A stretch of DNA of 64,000 nt from Alphaproteobacteria bacterium (GTDB lineage: Bacteria > Pseudomonadota > Alphaproteobacteria > SHVV01). Below the pieces are notes generated by a model, which was given only the letters and a program-made list of their open reading frames with translations, was not told the origin of the DNA and did not search any database. The position numbers and the translations under genes were made by a program. Where the stretch lies: positions 1,152,001 to 1,216,000 of the forward strand of contig OZ253470.1 of assembly GCA_965261735.1 (NCBI GenBank). Direction: 5' to 3'. How positions within the stretch are numbered: the stretch's first letter is position 1; each line of letters opens with the position of its first letter. Shown one piece after another: positions 10,310 to 20,214 of this stretch.

Positions 10310-11137
10310 ATGCGCGTCGCCTTTACCGAAGTCGGCGGGGTCCGCACCCGCTATTACTACGAGGGTTCGGGGCCCGTCCTGGTGCTGCTGCACGGGCTCG
10401 GCATCGGCGCCGACTCCTGGTGCCGCAACATAGACGCGCTGGCCGAGCACTACACGGTTTACGCGCCCGACATGATAGGCCACGGTTTCACCGGTTTTGA
10501 GGACCTCAAGGGCGGCGCCGCCCATCCCAAGGTGATGGAGCATGTGCTCGGCCTGCTCGACCAGCTCGGCGTCGATACCTTCAGCATCTGCGGTCATTCC
10601 TACGGCGCCACCATCGCGACGCTCATCTATTTCGAGCGCCCCGACAAGGTCGAGAAGTTGATCCTCAACGGCTCGCACCGCGTCTTCCAGGCACCCGACC
10701 GCACCGTCGAGGGGTTCCAGAACTCCTACGCCAATGCGACCTCCGCGCTCAAGGATCCGACGTACGAGTCCTGCCGCCAGCGCATGGCCAACGTCTGCTA
10801 CTCCGCCGACAACATCCCCGACGAAATCCTGATCCTACAGCTCACCGGCTACGCCCAGCCCTACATCCTGCCAGCCTACGAGCAGATCGCGCGGGCCAAC
10901 ATGAACCTCGAGCTGTCGCGCCCTTATCGGTGCAGCGACCGAATCCACGAGGTGACGATCCCGGTGCTCGTGATCTCGGGGCGCGAGGACGTGCGGGTAC
11001 CACTAGACGAGCTCGTGGAGGGCGCGAAGATGTTGCCCAACTACGAGCTCGCGATATTCGACCATTGCGGGCACATGATCCAGGCCGAGCACGCGGAGAA
11101 ATTCAACGAGAAGATGATCGAGTTCCTCGGCCGCTAG
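10310..11137 (+). CDS. Alpha/beta fold hydrolase
   Basis: LLHG oxyanion motif, GHSYG nucleophile elbow, ED and CGH for the triad. Confidence 0.92.
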   Translation: MRVAFTEVGGVRTRYYYEGSGPVLVLLHGLGIGADSWCRNIDALAEHYTVYAPDMIGHGFTGFEDLKGGAAHPKVMEHVLGLLDQLGVDTFSICGHSYGATIATLIYFERPDKVEKLILNGSHRVFQAPDRTVEGFQNSYANATSALKDPTYESCRQRMANVCYSADNIPDEILILQLTGYAQPYILPAYEQIARANMNLELSRPYRCSDRIHEVTIPVLVISGREDVRVPLDELVEGAKMLPNYELAIFDHCGHMIQAEHAEKFNEKMIEFLGR

Positions 11138-11163
11138 CCGGCTGGTCGCACCGGAGCCCGCCC

Positions 11164-11862
11164 ATGACAACGGATGCCCGAGCGCAAGGGACGAGCTTCC
11201 TGTCCCTCGCGGCCTCCGACCGCACCCCGCTGCGCGCCTTGGAGACGGCCGCCGTCGTTGGCTCGATCCTGGTCGCCATCAACCAGGGCGAGGCGATACT
11301 CGCCGGGGAGGGCGTCGACGTCCTCAAGATGGGCCTCACCTACCTGGTGCCCTTCTTCGTGGCGACCATCAGCGCCGCCTCGAGCAAGCGCGTCTACTTC
11401 GTGGCGACCATCAGCGCCGCCTCGAGCAAGCGCGTCTACGCCGGGCTCCTGCAAAAGACGCGGGATGCGGAGCGCGTGGTATACCAGCTCATCGACGCCC
11501 TGCCGGTGCGAATCTCGATCGTCGATAGGGACCAGCGCTATCTGCTCAACAACAAGAACTACGAGCAGCGGTTTGGTCTATCGCCCGAGGCCCTGCGCGG
11601 CCGCACGATCAAGGACGTGCTCGGTGACGCCCACTACGGCTTGATTCGCGGCCACATTGACGAGGCCCTGACCGGCAAGACCGTGACCTATGAGCAAGCG
11701 GTGCACCGCGACGAGGACGGCCGGGCGCGCGACGAGCTCACGACCCTCGTGCCCAAGCTGGGCGGCAGCGGCGACGTCGAGGGGCTGTACGTCGTCGTCA
11801 CCGAAATAACCAAGGCCAAGAAACGAGATGCGGCCCGCCCCGGGCGCACGCCCGAAGGGTGA
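11164..11862 (+). CDS. NrtS-like membrane domain fused to a single PAS domain
   Basis: VVGSILVAINQG...LTYLVPFFV resembles NrtS; IDALPVRISIVDRDQRYLLNN...LGD is a PAS_4-type pattern. Confidence 0.7.
   Translation: MTTDARAQGTSFLSLAASDRTPLRALETAAVVGSILVAINQGEAILAGEGVDVLKMGLTYLVPFFVATISAASSKRVYFVATISAASSKRVYAGLLQKTRDAERVVYQLIDALPVRISIVDRDQRYLLNNKNYEQRFGLSPEALRGRTIKDVLGDAHYGLIRGHIDEALTGKTVTYEQAVHRDEDGRARDELTTLVPKLGGSGDVEGLYVVVTEITKAKKRDAARPGRTPEG
11356..11439 (+). repeat. Perfect 42-bp tandem duplication, in frame (FVATISAASSKRVY x2)
   Basis: 11356-11397 is identical to 11398-11439. Confidence 0.95.
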
Positions 11863-11894
11863 ACCAAGGGCACGGAGTCGGGACAGGGTAGCGC

Positions 11895-13970
11895 ATGGCC
11901 TATCGTATCGCGGTCGACACGGGCGGCACCTTCACCGACGTCGTGGTCGCCGACGAGGCTGGGCGGCACACGCTCGGCAAAGCGCCGACGACTCCGGAAC
12001 GGATTTTCGAGGGCATGCGCGGCGCCCTCGAGGTCGCCGCCGGCGAGCTCGGCATCGACCTCGGCACTCTGCTTGGCGACGCCCACCTGCTGGTGTACGG
12101 AACCACGCGGGCCACCAACGCCATCGTCGAGGGACGCGTCGCCAAGACCGCGATGCTGCTGACCGAGGGCTTCCCCGACATTCTGGTGCTCAAAGAGGGG
12201 GGCAAGGCGAACGCCCACGATTTCAGCCTCGAATTCCCCGATCCCTACATCCCGCAGCACCATACCTTCGAGATCGCCGGGCGCATCGACGCCGAGGGCG
12301 GCGTGGTGCGGCCGCTCGACGCCGCCGCCACTCGTGCGGTGATCGAGCAGGTGGCTCGTGGCCAATTCGAGGCGATCGCCGTCTGTCTGTTGTGGTCGAT
12401 CGTCAATCCGGACCACGAGCTCGCGGTCGCGGCGCTGATCGACGAGATCCTGCCTGGCGTCCCCTATACGCTATCGCACCGGCTGTTGCCGATCATCCGC
12501 GAGTATCGGCGCGCCTCCGCCACTGCCATCGATGCGTCGCTCAAGCCCCTCATCCAGGAGCATTTGCGGCATATGGAGCAGGACTTGCGCGACGCGGGCT
12601 ATGACGGCGAGATCCTGGTCAGTACCTCGGTTGGCGGCTGCATGAACGTGGCCGAGATCGCGGAGCGGCCGATCCACACGGTCAAGTCGGGGCCGTCGAT
12701 GGCGCCCATCGCCGGCGTGACTTACGCCGCCATCGAGGATTTCGGCGACAACGTCATCATCTGCGATACCGGCGGCACCACGTTCGACGTCGGCCTCGTG
12801 CGCGACGGCGAGCCCAAATTCACCCGCGAGACGTGGATCGGCGGCCAGTGGAGCGGGCACATCCTGGCGATCTCGTCGGTGGACGTGCGCAGCATCGGCG
12901 CGGGCGGCGGTTCGATCGCGTGGATCGATCCCGGCGGCCTGTTGCGCGTCGGCCCGCACAGCGCGGGCGCCGTCCCGGGTCCCGCCTGCTACGGTACCGG
13001 CGGCGATGCGCCGACAGTGACGGATGCGGCCGTCGTGCTCGGCTACATCGACCCGGCCCACTTCCTCGGCGGCCGCATGAGGCTCGACGAGGGAGCGGCG
13101 CGCCGCGTCGTCGACCGGTTGGCGGACGAGATAGGCTTGTCGCGCGAGGACGCGGCCCATGCCGTCATCAGCCTCGCCAACGAGCTCATGATCAAGGCCA
13201 TCCAGGACATCACGGTCAGCGAGGGGTTCGATCCGCGCGAGAGCGCGCTGGTCGCGGGCGGCGGCGCGGCCGGCCTGAACATCATGCCGATCGCGCGCGA
13301 GCTCGGCTGCACCCGGGTGATCCTGCCCCACACGGCGAGCGCGCTCAGCGCCTGCGGCATGCAGTTCTCCGATATCGTGGCCGAGCACAGTGCGAGCAAG
13401 GTGACGCGCTCCGGCGACTTCGACTTCGAAGGCGTTAGCGCCGCCCTGGCCGTGATCGACGACGAGCTCGAACGCTTCGTCGCGAGCCTGGGCGAGCGCG
13501 CGGCTGCGGGCGCGCGCATCGACTACTACCTGGAGGCCCGGTACCTCTACCAGGTGTGGGAGCTCGACGTGCCGCTGCCGCAGCGCCACTTCCGCACGGC
13601 GGACGACGTCGCGGCGCTGGTCGAAGCCTTCCACAGCGTGCACGAGCGACTGTTCGCGGTCCGCGACGACGCGAGCCAGGTCGAATGCCTCAACTGGAAG
13701 GGCCGCGTTCGCATCGACCTGGCGAGCCCGATCGAGCCGTCCACGGCCGTGGCCGAGTGCAACGCCGGGGCGCCAGCCCGCCACCGCGAGGCCTATTTCG
13801 GCGGCGGCAATACGGTCGAGGTCCCGGTCCACGACGGCCCGGCGCTGCCGCGCGGCGCCCGCGTCGCCGGGCCCGCGATCATCGAAGAACCGACGACGAC
13901 GCTGGTGGTCTATCCGGGAATGGCAGCGCGCATGAGCGGCGCCGGCCATTTCATTCTCGAGGTCGCCTAA
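11895..13970 (+). CDS. Hydantoinase/oxoprolinase A subunit (ATP-binding)
   Basis: DTGGTFTD, SGP, DTGGTTFD, GAGGGSIA, GPACYG motifs. Confidence 0.95.
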   Translation: MAYRIAVDTGGTFTDVVVADEAGRHTLGKAPTTPERIFEGMRGALEVAAGELGIDLGTLLGDAHLLVYGTTRATNAIVEGRVAKTAMLLTEGFPDILVLKEGGKANAHDFSLEFPDPYIPQHHTFEIAGRIDAEGGVVRPLDAAATRAVIEQVARGQFEAIAVCLLWSIVNPDHELAVAALIDEILPGVPYTLSHRLLPIIREYRRASATAIDASLKPLIQEHLRHMEQDLRDAGYDGEILVSTSVGGCMNVAEIAERPIHTVKSGPSMAPIAGVTYAAIEDFGDNVIICDTGGTTFDVGLVRDGEPKFTRETWIGGQWSGHILAISSVDVRSIGAGGGSIAWIDPGGLLRVGPHSAGAVPGPACYGTGGDAPTVTDAAVVLGYIDPAHFLGGRMRLDEGAARRVVDRLADEIGLSREDAAHAVISLANELMIKAIQDITVSEGFDPRESALVAGGGAAGLNIMPIARELGCTRVILPHTASALSACGMQFSDIVAEHSASKVTRSGDFDFEGVSAALAVIDDELERFVASLGERAAAGARIDYYLEARYLYQVWELDVPLPQRHFRTADDVAALVEAFHSVHERLFAVRDDASQVECLNWKGRVRIDLASPIEPSTAVAECNAGAPARHREAYFGGGNTVEVPVHDGPALPRGARVAGPAIIEEPTTTLVVYPGMAARMSGAGHFILEVA

Positions 13971-14003
13971 GCCCGCCGGCGCAAACGACGAAGGTCCAAT
14001 GCC

Positions 14004-15794
14004 ATGACGAGCACGCAAAGCCCGGTGGAACTCGATCCCGTCACCATCTCGGTGCTGGCCAACCGGTTCGACGCCATCGTGCGCGAGATGTCGAACACGC
14101 TGCTGCGCTCGGCGCGCTCGGGCGTGATCGCCGGCGCGCGCGACTTCTCGTGCACCATCGTGACCGCCGACAACCGGCTGCTCACGGCCGACCAGGGCAT
14201 TCCCGTGCACATCTTCGGCTCGCACCTGCAGACGGCCGCGATGTGCGAGCTCCACGACGATCTCGCCGAGGGCGACGCCTTTCTCCACAACGATCCCTAT
14301 TTGGGCAATACCCACGCCGCCGATCACACCATCCTGATACCGGTGTTCATCGACGGCGTGCACCTCTTCACGACCTGCGCCAAGTCGCACCAGGCCGACA
14401 CCGGCAATGCCGTGCCGACCACGTACGATGCGTGGGCCAAGGACGTCTACGCCGAGGGTGCGCTCATCTTCCCGTGCGTGCGCGTGCAGCGCGATTACGT
14501 GATGAACGAGGACATCGTGCGCATGTGCCGCGCCCGCATCCGGGTGCCCGACCAATGGTACGGCGACTTTCTCGCCACCGTCGGCGCCGGCCGCACCGGC
14601 GAGCGGCGCCTCAAGGACCTGTGTGCCAAGTACGGCAGCGAAACGATCACCGCCTTCATCGAGACCTGGTTCGACTACTCCGAGCGCCGCATCGCGCAGG
14701 CCATCAAGAAGCTGCCCAAGGCGAGCACGGTCGCCGAGGGCGCGCACGATCCGTTCGAGCCGATTCTGCCCGACGGCATCCCGGTCCGGGTCAAGCTCAA
14801 GATCGACCCCGACGAGGGTATGATCGAGGTCGACCTGAGGGACAACCCCGACAACTACGACTGCGGCCTCAACCAGTCCGAGGCCTGCGCCATCAACAAC
14901 GTGGTCACCGGCGTCTTCAACTGCGTCGATTCCGACATTCCGCACAACGCGGGCTCGTTCCGGCGCATCCGGGTGCTGCTGCGCGATGGCTGCGTCGTCG
15001 GCAGGCCGGCGTTCCCACACAGCTGTTCGATGGCGACCACCAACCTCGCCGACCGGCTCATCAGCCTGACCCAGACCGCCTTTGCCAAGCTCGGCGACGG
15101 CTTCGGCCTCGCGCAGGGCGGCGCGTGCATGAGCGCCGTCATCTCCGGGCCCGACTTTCGCCGTGGCGGCGAGCCCTTCATCAACCAGCTCGGCGTCAAC
15201 GTGAACGGCGGGCCGGCGGGGCCGATCACGGATGGGTGGGTCACCTTCGGTATCCCGCCCGCGGGCGGGCTCGTCTACCGCGACAGCCTCGAGCTCGACG
15301 AGGTCAAGCACCCGATCCTGTTCGAGCGTCAGCGCCTCCATCCGTGCACCGGCGGCGCCGGTCGCCGGCGCGGCGCGCTCGGCGGCGAGGTCATTTATGG
15401 ATCGCGCAAGGACCCCCTGACGCTGGTCATTCCGTCGGACGGCCATCACAACCCGGCCCAAGGCGCACAGGGCGGGCGCGCCGGTTCGCCCGCCTCGCAC
15501 TACAGGATCAGCGCCAATGGCCACGAGGAAAAGCTGCCCAACGTGGTGAAGTTCGTGCTCAACCCGGGCGAGAAGGTGCGCTTTCTCAACAGCGGCGGCG
15601 GCGGCTATGGCAATCCGTTGGAGCGCGAGCCCGAGCGCGTGCTCAATGACGTGCGCCGCGGCTGGGAAACGTTCGACAGCGCGCGCGAGGTCTATGGCGT
15701 GGTTATTGCCGGCCGAGCCGACGACGACACCCTCGCCATCGACGAACCCGCCACCGCAACCCAGCGCACCGCCCTGAGCGCCGCGGCGGAGTAG
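14004..15794 (+). CDS. Hydantoinase B/oxoprolinase subunit
   Basis: RDFSC, HNDPYLGNTH..DH, GGAG..RG, GGGGYGNP motifs. Confidence 0.95.
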   Translation: MTSTQSPVELDPVTISVLANRFDAIVREMSNTLLRSARSGVIAGARDFSCTIVTADNRLLTADQGIPVHIFGSHLQTAAMCELHDDLAEGDAFLHNDPYLGNTHAADHTILIPVFIDGVHLFTTCAKSHQADTGNAVPTTYDAWAKDVYAEGALIFPCVRVQRDYVMNEDIVRMCRARIRVPDQWYGDFLATVGAGRTGERRLKDLCAKYGSETITAFIETWFDYSERRIAQAIKKLPKASTVAEGAHDPFEPILPDGIPVRVKLKIDPDEGMIEVDLRDNPDNYDCGLNQSEACAINNVVTGVFNCVDSDIPHNAGSFRRIRVLLRDGCVVGRPAFPHSCSMATTNLADRLISLTQTAFAKLGDGFGLAQGGACMSAVISGPDFRRGGEPFINQLGVNVNGGPAGPITDGWVTFGIPPAGGLVYRDSLELDEVKHPILFERQRLHPCTGGAGRRRGALGGEVIYGSRKDPLTLVIPSDGHHNPAQGAQGGRAGSPASHYRISANGHEEKLPNVVKFVLNPGEKVRFLNSGGGGYGNPLEREPERVLNDVRRGWETFDSAREVYGVVIAGRADDDTLAIDEPATATQRTALSAAAE

Positions 15795-15886
15795 CTACGC
15801 CGCCGCCTCTGGTGCGGGTCGGACAGCCTCACCCTGCGACAGTCTCACTCAAGGCATGAGGCGAGCGCTGCTCAGGCGAGCGGTGC

Positions 15887-17368
15887 TCAGGCGACCGGCG
15901 CCGCGGGCCGCGAGGCGGCGACTGCGTCCTCGATCACGGTTCCCTTGAAGAAGTCGGGGTTCATGCCGGTGTGCAGGTCGACCGGGTGGATGAAGGTGAA
16001 ATCGCGCAGGTCCGCCTCGCTCAGCAGGCCGTTCTCGACGAGCTCGTAGGCCTCGCACAGGACCTGGCTCGCGTCGGGCACGTCCCAGTGGCCGATGTCG
16101 GAGCTCATGAGCGCCTTGAGGTGGACGCCGAAGCGGTTGAGGCGGGCGTCGAAGGCGACCGCCGTCATCGGGTCGTCGGCCTCGCAGCCAAAGTAGAAGT
16201 TGGGGACGAAGAGGTCGCGGATGTCCTCCGGAACCTCGATCCTACACGCCGCCCACTCGTCGAGGTCGCGCGCCTCCTGCGGCTTGTCGGGATCGAGCGC
16301 GACGGGGTCACGGGCGGCGATGTCGGCGATCTTCGCCTTGACCCGATCATCGGCGTAGCGGCCGATGAGATCGGCGAATTGTGCGGCATCGATCCGCGCC
16401 GGATCGAGGTTCTTCACGAGAGCGCGCTCGTTGCGCTTCTCCCAGTGGCCGATGAGATCGTTGTACAGCGTCGAGGCCCAGGCCACACCGCACTCGAGGA
16501 AGGCGAACTTGAGCGTCGGGAAGCGCCGCGTCACGCCGCCCATGAACAAAGCCTTGCAGAAGAGCTCGCTGCTGGCGGCAAAATGGCCGATGTGGTTGTA
16601 CATGTAGTTCGAGATCGAGGCCCGGTTGACCCAGCCCTGGCTGCCGGCGTGGTCGGTGACCGCGACCTTGAGGTCGACGCAGCGCTGCCACACCGGGTCG
16701 TAGTCGTAGGCGCTGTCGAGGGCGAGCGGATCGAGCCAGTAACCGAGGTCGGCGCTCGATAGCTGCGGTGCGCGGGCCGCCGCATCGGGAATCGGCCTGC
16801 GGATCGAGCCCGACATCATGGTCGTCTTGAGGCCGAGCTCGCCGACCGCGAAGTCGAGTTCCGCGAGCGCCTCGGCCGGGGTGTACGTGGGGATGATCGC
16901 CGGCACCGCGAGCCGGTCGGCGTGGGCGCCGAAGAGATCGGCATTCATGATGTTCGCGGCGCGGCAGGTGGCGCGGCGCATCTCCTCGTCGTCGAGCGCC
17001 GGAAACACGAGGCCGTCGGTGGGATAGAGCAGCGCGAAATCGATGCCGAAAGCATCCATGCGCTCGCGCAGCAGTGCCGGCATCATTGCGGTCGCGCGGT
17101 CGAGCGTATCGGCGGTGATGATCCAGAAGGCCGGCCGCGAGACCCGCCCGCCGTGGCGCTCCTCCGGCGACAGGTCGTACCAGGTGAAGAAAGCGCCATC
17201 CATCGCCTCCTCGTAGCGCTGCGCGACGCCCGGGCCGGCCACGTCCTTGAGGTAGTCGAGGAAGACCGGTCCCGCCTCGACCAGGTGGCCATCGCCATCG
17301 ATGACCGGGTGATCAAGCCGCGCGCGAATCGCCGCCGCGTCGCGCTCGTGGGCGTGCGCCATCGCCAT
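15887..17368 (-). CDS. Amidohydrolase family protein
   Basis: IDGDGHLVE, VTDH, FLECG, SSDIGHWD motifs; start re-called at ATG 17368 with GAGGAAGGGA RBS. Confidence 0.88.
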   Translation of the reverse strand: MAMAHAHERDAAAIRARLDHPVIDGDGHLVEAGPVFLDYLKDVAGPGVAQRYEEAMDGAFFTWYDLSPEERHGGRVSRPAFWIITADTLDRATAMMPALLRERMDAFGIDFALLYPTDGLVFPALDDEEMRRATCRAANIMNADLFGAHADRLAVPAIIPTYTPAEALAELDFAVGELGLKTTMMSGSIRRPIPDAAARAPQLSSADLGYWLDPLALDSAYDYDPVWQRCVDLKVAVTDHAGSQGWVNRASISNYMYNHIGHFAASSELFCKALFMGGVTRRFPTLKFAFLECGVAWASTLYNDLIGHWEKRNERALVKNLDPARIDAAQFADLIGRYADDRVKAKIADIAARDPVALDPDKPQEARDLDEWAACRIEVPEDIRDLFVPNFYFGCEADDPMTAVAFDARLNRFGVHLKALMSSDIGHWDVPDASQVLCEAYELVENGLLSEADLRDFTFIHPVDLHTGMNPDFFKGTVIEDAVAASRPAAPVA

Positions 17369-17455
17369 CGCGGTATCCCTTCCTCGTTGAGCTTCAGCTG
17401 GGCGGACAGGGTAGGCCCCGCGGGCCCCCATCGGCAAGCGGCCGCGCCGGGCCCC

Positions 17456-18817
17456 CTAGATCGCCAGCCGATCGACGAGGCGCCCGATGTCGCCCAGGTT
17501 GTCGAGGTCCCACAGCAACTCAAGTAGCTGCTCGCGCTCGCCCTCGGCCATATGGTTGCGCGTGTTGTTGCGGTACTTGGCCTCGATCTCGTCATCGCTC
17601 GGCCCGCGCTGTACATCCTCGGTCGTGAGCTTGCCGTGGGCTATGTGCACCGCACCGCCCGCTGCGGTCGCCTCGATACGGCAGTTGCGCACCCCCGGCG
17701 TCTCGGCCGAAAAGGCATCGCACACGACGACCTCGGTGCGCCCGATGAGATCGAGGACATCGGCATCGAGAAAGCGGCGGTTGGCAAAGGTATCGGGGGT
17801 GACGGTGCCGTCGATCAAGGTCGCGGCGACGGCGACGAGCATCGAGTGATCGGCGGTCTCGCGCGTCTTGGGCGCCCACAGCTCGGGGTCGGCGACCGCG
17901 CCCTTGTGCGCCGAGGCATAGGTCTCGATCTTGAGACTGGCGATGTCGGCGGCGGCCACTTTCTGGCGCAGATCGCGCGCCGTCGCCACCGGGAGCTGAC
18001 AGGAGTCGCGCGCCGGGTACATCTTGATGTTCGACTGGGCGATGGCGAAGCCCTCCTCGCCGGCCGCAGCCAGCGGTTTAAGGTCGTAGGGCTTGCCCAC
18101 GGTCTGCTTCCACAGGCCGAAGACGCCGTCGAAAGCCTCGTAGGGGCCGGTCAGGCCCTCGCGCGCGAGCTGCGCGGCGAACACGCCCTGGCGGGCGCCG
18201 TTGGCGGCGGCGCACCCCTTCCACATCGACAGCTCACCGGCCCGCGTCTGGTAGGTGCACAGATTGGCGATGGCGGCGATGGCGAGCGCGTGTCGTAGCG
18301 CCTCGCGGCCGAGCCCGAGCAGCCGGCCGCACGCCAGCGCGCAGGCCATGACGCCGGGCACGGGCTGGTCCCAGCCATTGTCGTTGAAGGGCACGCTGTC
18401 GACGAAGCGGCACTGGATTTCATACGAGATGGCGAGCGCCAGGATGAAATCGGCGCCGCTCGCGCCCGTCGCCTCGGCGACCGCGAGCACGCCGGCGAGA
18501 TTATCGGACGGGTGGCTGCCGTCGAGGGTGCGGTGGGTGTCGTTGAAGTCGAGGTAGCGCAGCATCACGCCGTTGGCGAACGCGGCGAGGTCAGGCGTCG
18601 TACGCACCAGGCTGCCGATGACGCGCGCGCCCGAGTCGCCGGCCACCGGTACGGCCATCTTCCGCGCGATGAGCGCGGGCGGCTCGGCGTAGGCGGCGAC
18701 GGCGCAGCCCAGCGTGTCGATGATGCGCCGCTTGGCCGCCCTGACCACCGCCGGCGACAGATCCCCGAACTCGAGGGAGGCCGCATAGTCGGTGAGGCGT
18801 TCCTCGGTCGTCGTCAT
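17456..18817 (-). CDS. MmgE/PrpD family protein, copy 2
   Basis: RYLDFND, HPSDN, GELSMWKG, ETADHS motifs. Confidence 0.92.
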   Translation of the reverse strand: MTTTEERLTDYAASLEFGDLSPAVVRAAKRRIIDTLGCAVAAYAEPPALIARKMAVPVAGDSGARVIGSLVRTTPDLAAFANGVMLRYLDFNDTHRTLDGSHPSDNLAGVLAVAEATGASGADFILALAISYEIQCRFVDSVPFNDNGWDQPVPGVMACALACGRLLGLGREALRHALAIAAIANLCTYQTRAGELSMWKGCAAANGARQGVFAAQLAREGLTGPYEAFDGVFGLWKQTVGKPYDLKPLAAAGEEGFAIAQSNIKMYPARDSCQLPVATARDLRQKVAAADIASLKIETYASAHKGAVADPELWAPKTRETADHSMLVAVAATLIDGTVTPDTFANRRFLDADVLDLIGRTEVVVCDAFSAETPGVRNCRIEATAAGGAVHIAHGKLTTEDVQRGPSDDEIEAKYRNNTRNHMAEGEREQLLELLWDLDNLGDIGRLVDRLAI

Positions 18818-18839
18818 GGCTCTACCTCGTGGCCCAACG

Positions 18840-20201
18840 CTAAATCGCGAGGAGGTCGATCAGGGGATCGACCTTGGGGAGCGAGTCGAGCTTCCAGGCC
18901 ACGGCCAGCAGCTTGCGGCGCTCGGCCGCGCCCAGTGCCGTGCTCGCCAGGCCGTGGAACTTGGCCTCCAGCGCCTTGTCGCTCATGCCGCGCTCGATGT
19001 CCTTGAGGCTGAGCTTGCGGTGGGCGACGACCTTGGTCCCGTCCTTCGAGGTCGCCTCGAGGCGGCAGTTGCGCAGGCCCGGCGTCTGCTTGGTGAAGGC
19101 ATCGACGACCTCGACCTTGGTGCGCTTGATGAGACCGAGTACGTCGGCGTCGAGGAAGCGCTCGCGGGAGAAGGTCTCGGGCGTAACATCGCCGTCGATG
19201 AGCCCACAGGCGACCGAGACCAGCATCGAGTGATCGGCGGTCTCGCGCGTCTTGGGCGCCCACAGCTCCCTGTCCGCCACCGCCCCGACATAGGCCGACT
19301 TGTAGGTCTTGATGTGCAGCGACTTCACGTCCTCGGCGCGAATCTTCTTCCGCAGGTCGCGCGCCGTATCGATCGGTAGCTGGCACGAATCGCGCACCGC
19401 GTAGCGCTTGATGTTGGACTGGGAAAGGCCCAGCGTGCGGCCCTTGATGCTGCGCGGCAGGTCGACGGCGACGGGCTTGCCGAGCGTCTGCATCCAGACC
19501 CCGAAGTGACCCTCGAAGGGATCGTAGGGTCCGGCCATGCCCTCACGCGCGAGCAGCGCCGCGAAGATGCCGTGGCGGGCGCCGTTGGGTCCGGCGCAGC
19601 CCTTCCACATCGACAGCTCGCCGGCGCGCGTCACGTAGGTGCACAGGTTGGGCACGACGGCGAGCGCCAGCGCTTGGTGCAGCTCGTGGCGCGTGAGCCC
19701 GAGCATGCGGCCGGCGGCGAGCGCGCAGGCGCTGGCGCCGACCACCGGTTGGTCCCAGCCGTTGTCGTTGAAGGGCACCGCATCGGTGTAGCGGCACTGG
19801 ATCTCGTACGAGATAGCGAGCGCGAGGATGAAGTCGCGGCCGCTCGCGCCGCTCGCCTCGGCGAGCGCGAGGAGCCCGGCGAGGTTGTCCGAGGGGTGGC
19901 ACGCGTCGCGCGTGCGGTAGGCGTCGTTGAGGTCGAGGTAGCGCACCATGGCGCCATTGACGAAGGCGGCGAGGTCGGGCGTCGTGCGCACCATGGTGCC
20001 GAACACGCGGGCCCCAAAATCGCCGGCGATGGGCACCGCCATCTTGCGCGCGATGCGCACGGGCGGCGCGAGGTAGGCGGCGAGCGCGACGCCGAGCGAA
20101 TCGATGACTCGGGCCTTGGCGTCGTGAACCGCCCGGCGCGGCAAGTCGCTGAACCTGAGCCCGCCCGCGAAGTCCACCATCTGCTTGGCCGTCTTGTCCA
20201 T
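18840..20201 (-). CDS. MmgE/PrpD family protein, copy 1
   Basis: Same motifs; start re-called at ATG 20201 (MDKTAKQ) with GGAGGGG RBS, giving 453 aa like copy 2. Confidence 0.92.
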   Translation of the reverse strand: MDKTAKQMVDFAGGLRFSDLPRRAVHDAKARVIDSLGVALAAYLAPPVRIARKMAVPIAGDFGARVFGTMVRTTPDLAAFVNGAMVRYLDLNDAYRTRDACHPSDNLAGLLALAEASGASGRDFILALAISYEIQCRYTDAVPFNDNGWDQPVVGASACALAAGRMLGLTRHELHQALALAVVPNLCTYVTRAGELSMWKGCAGPNGARHGIFAALLAREGMAGPYDPFEGHFGVWMQTLGKPVAVDLPRSIKGRTLGLSQSNIKRYAVRDSCQLPIDTARDLRKKIRAEDVKSLHIKTYKSAYVGAVADRELWAPKTRETADHSMLVSVACGLIDGDVTPETFSRERFLDADVLGLIKRTKVEVVDAFTKQTPGLRNCRLEATSKDGTKVVAHRKLSLKDIERGMSDKALEAKFHGLASTALGAAERRKLLAVAWKLDSLPKVDPLIDLLAI

Positions 20202-20214
20202 TTGTCCCCTCCCC

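Noticed and set aside
12471-15524. 1017-aa minus-strand ORF and the many other long antisense ORFs
   Set aside because: They are shadow frames of high-GC genes that have clear motifs on the opposite strand.
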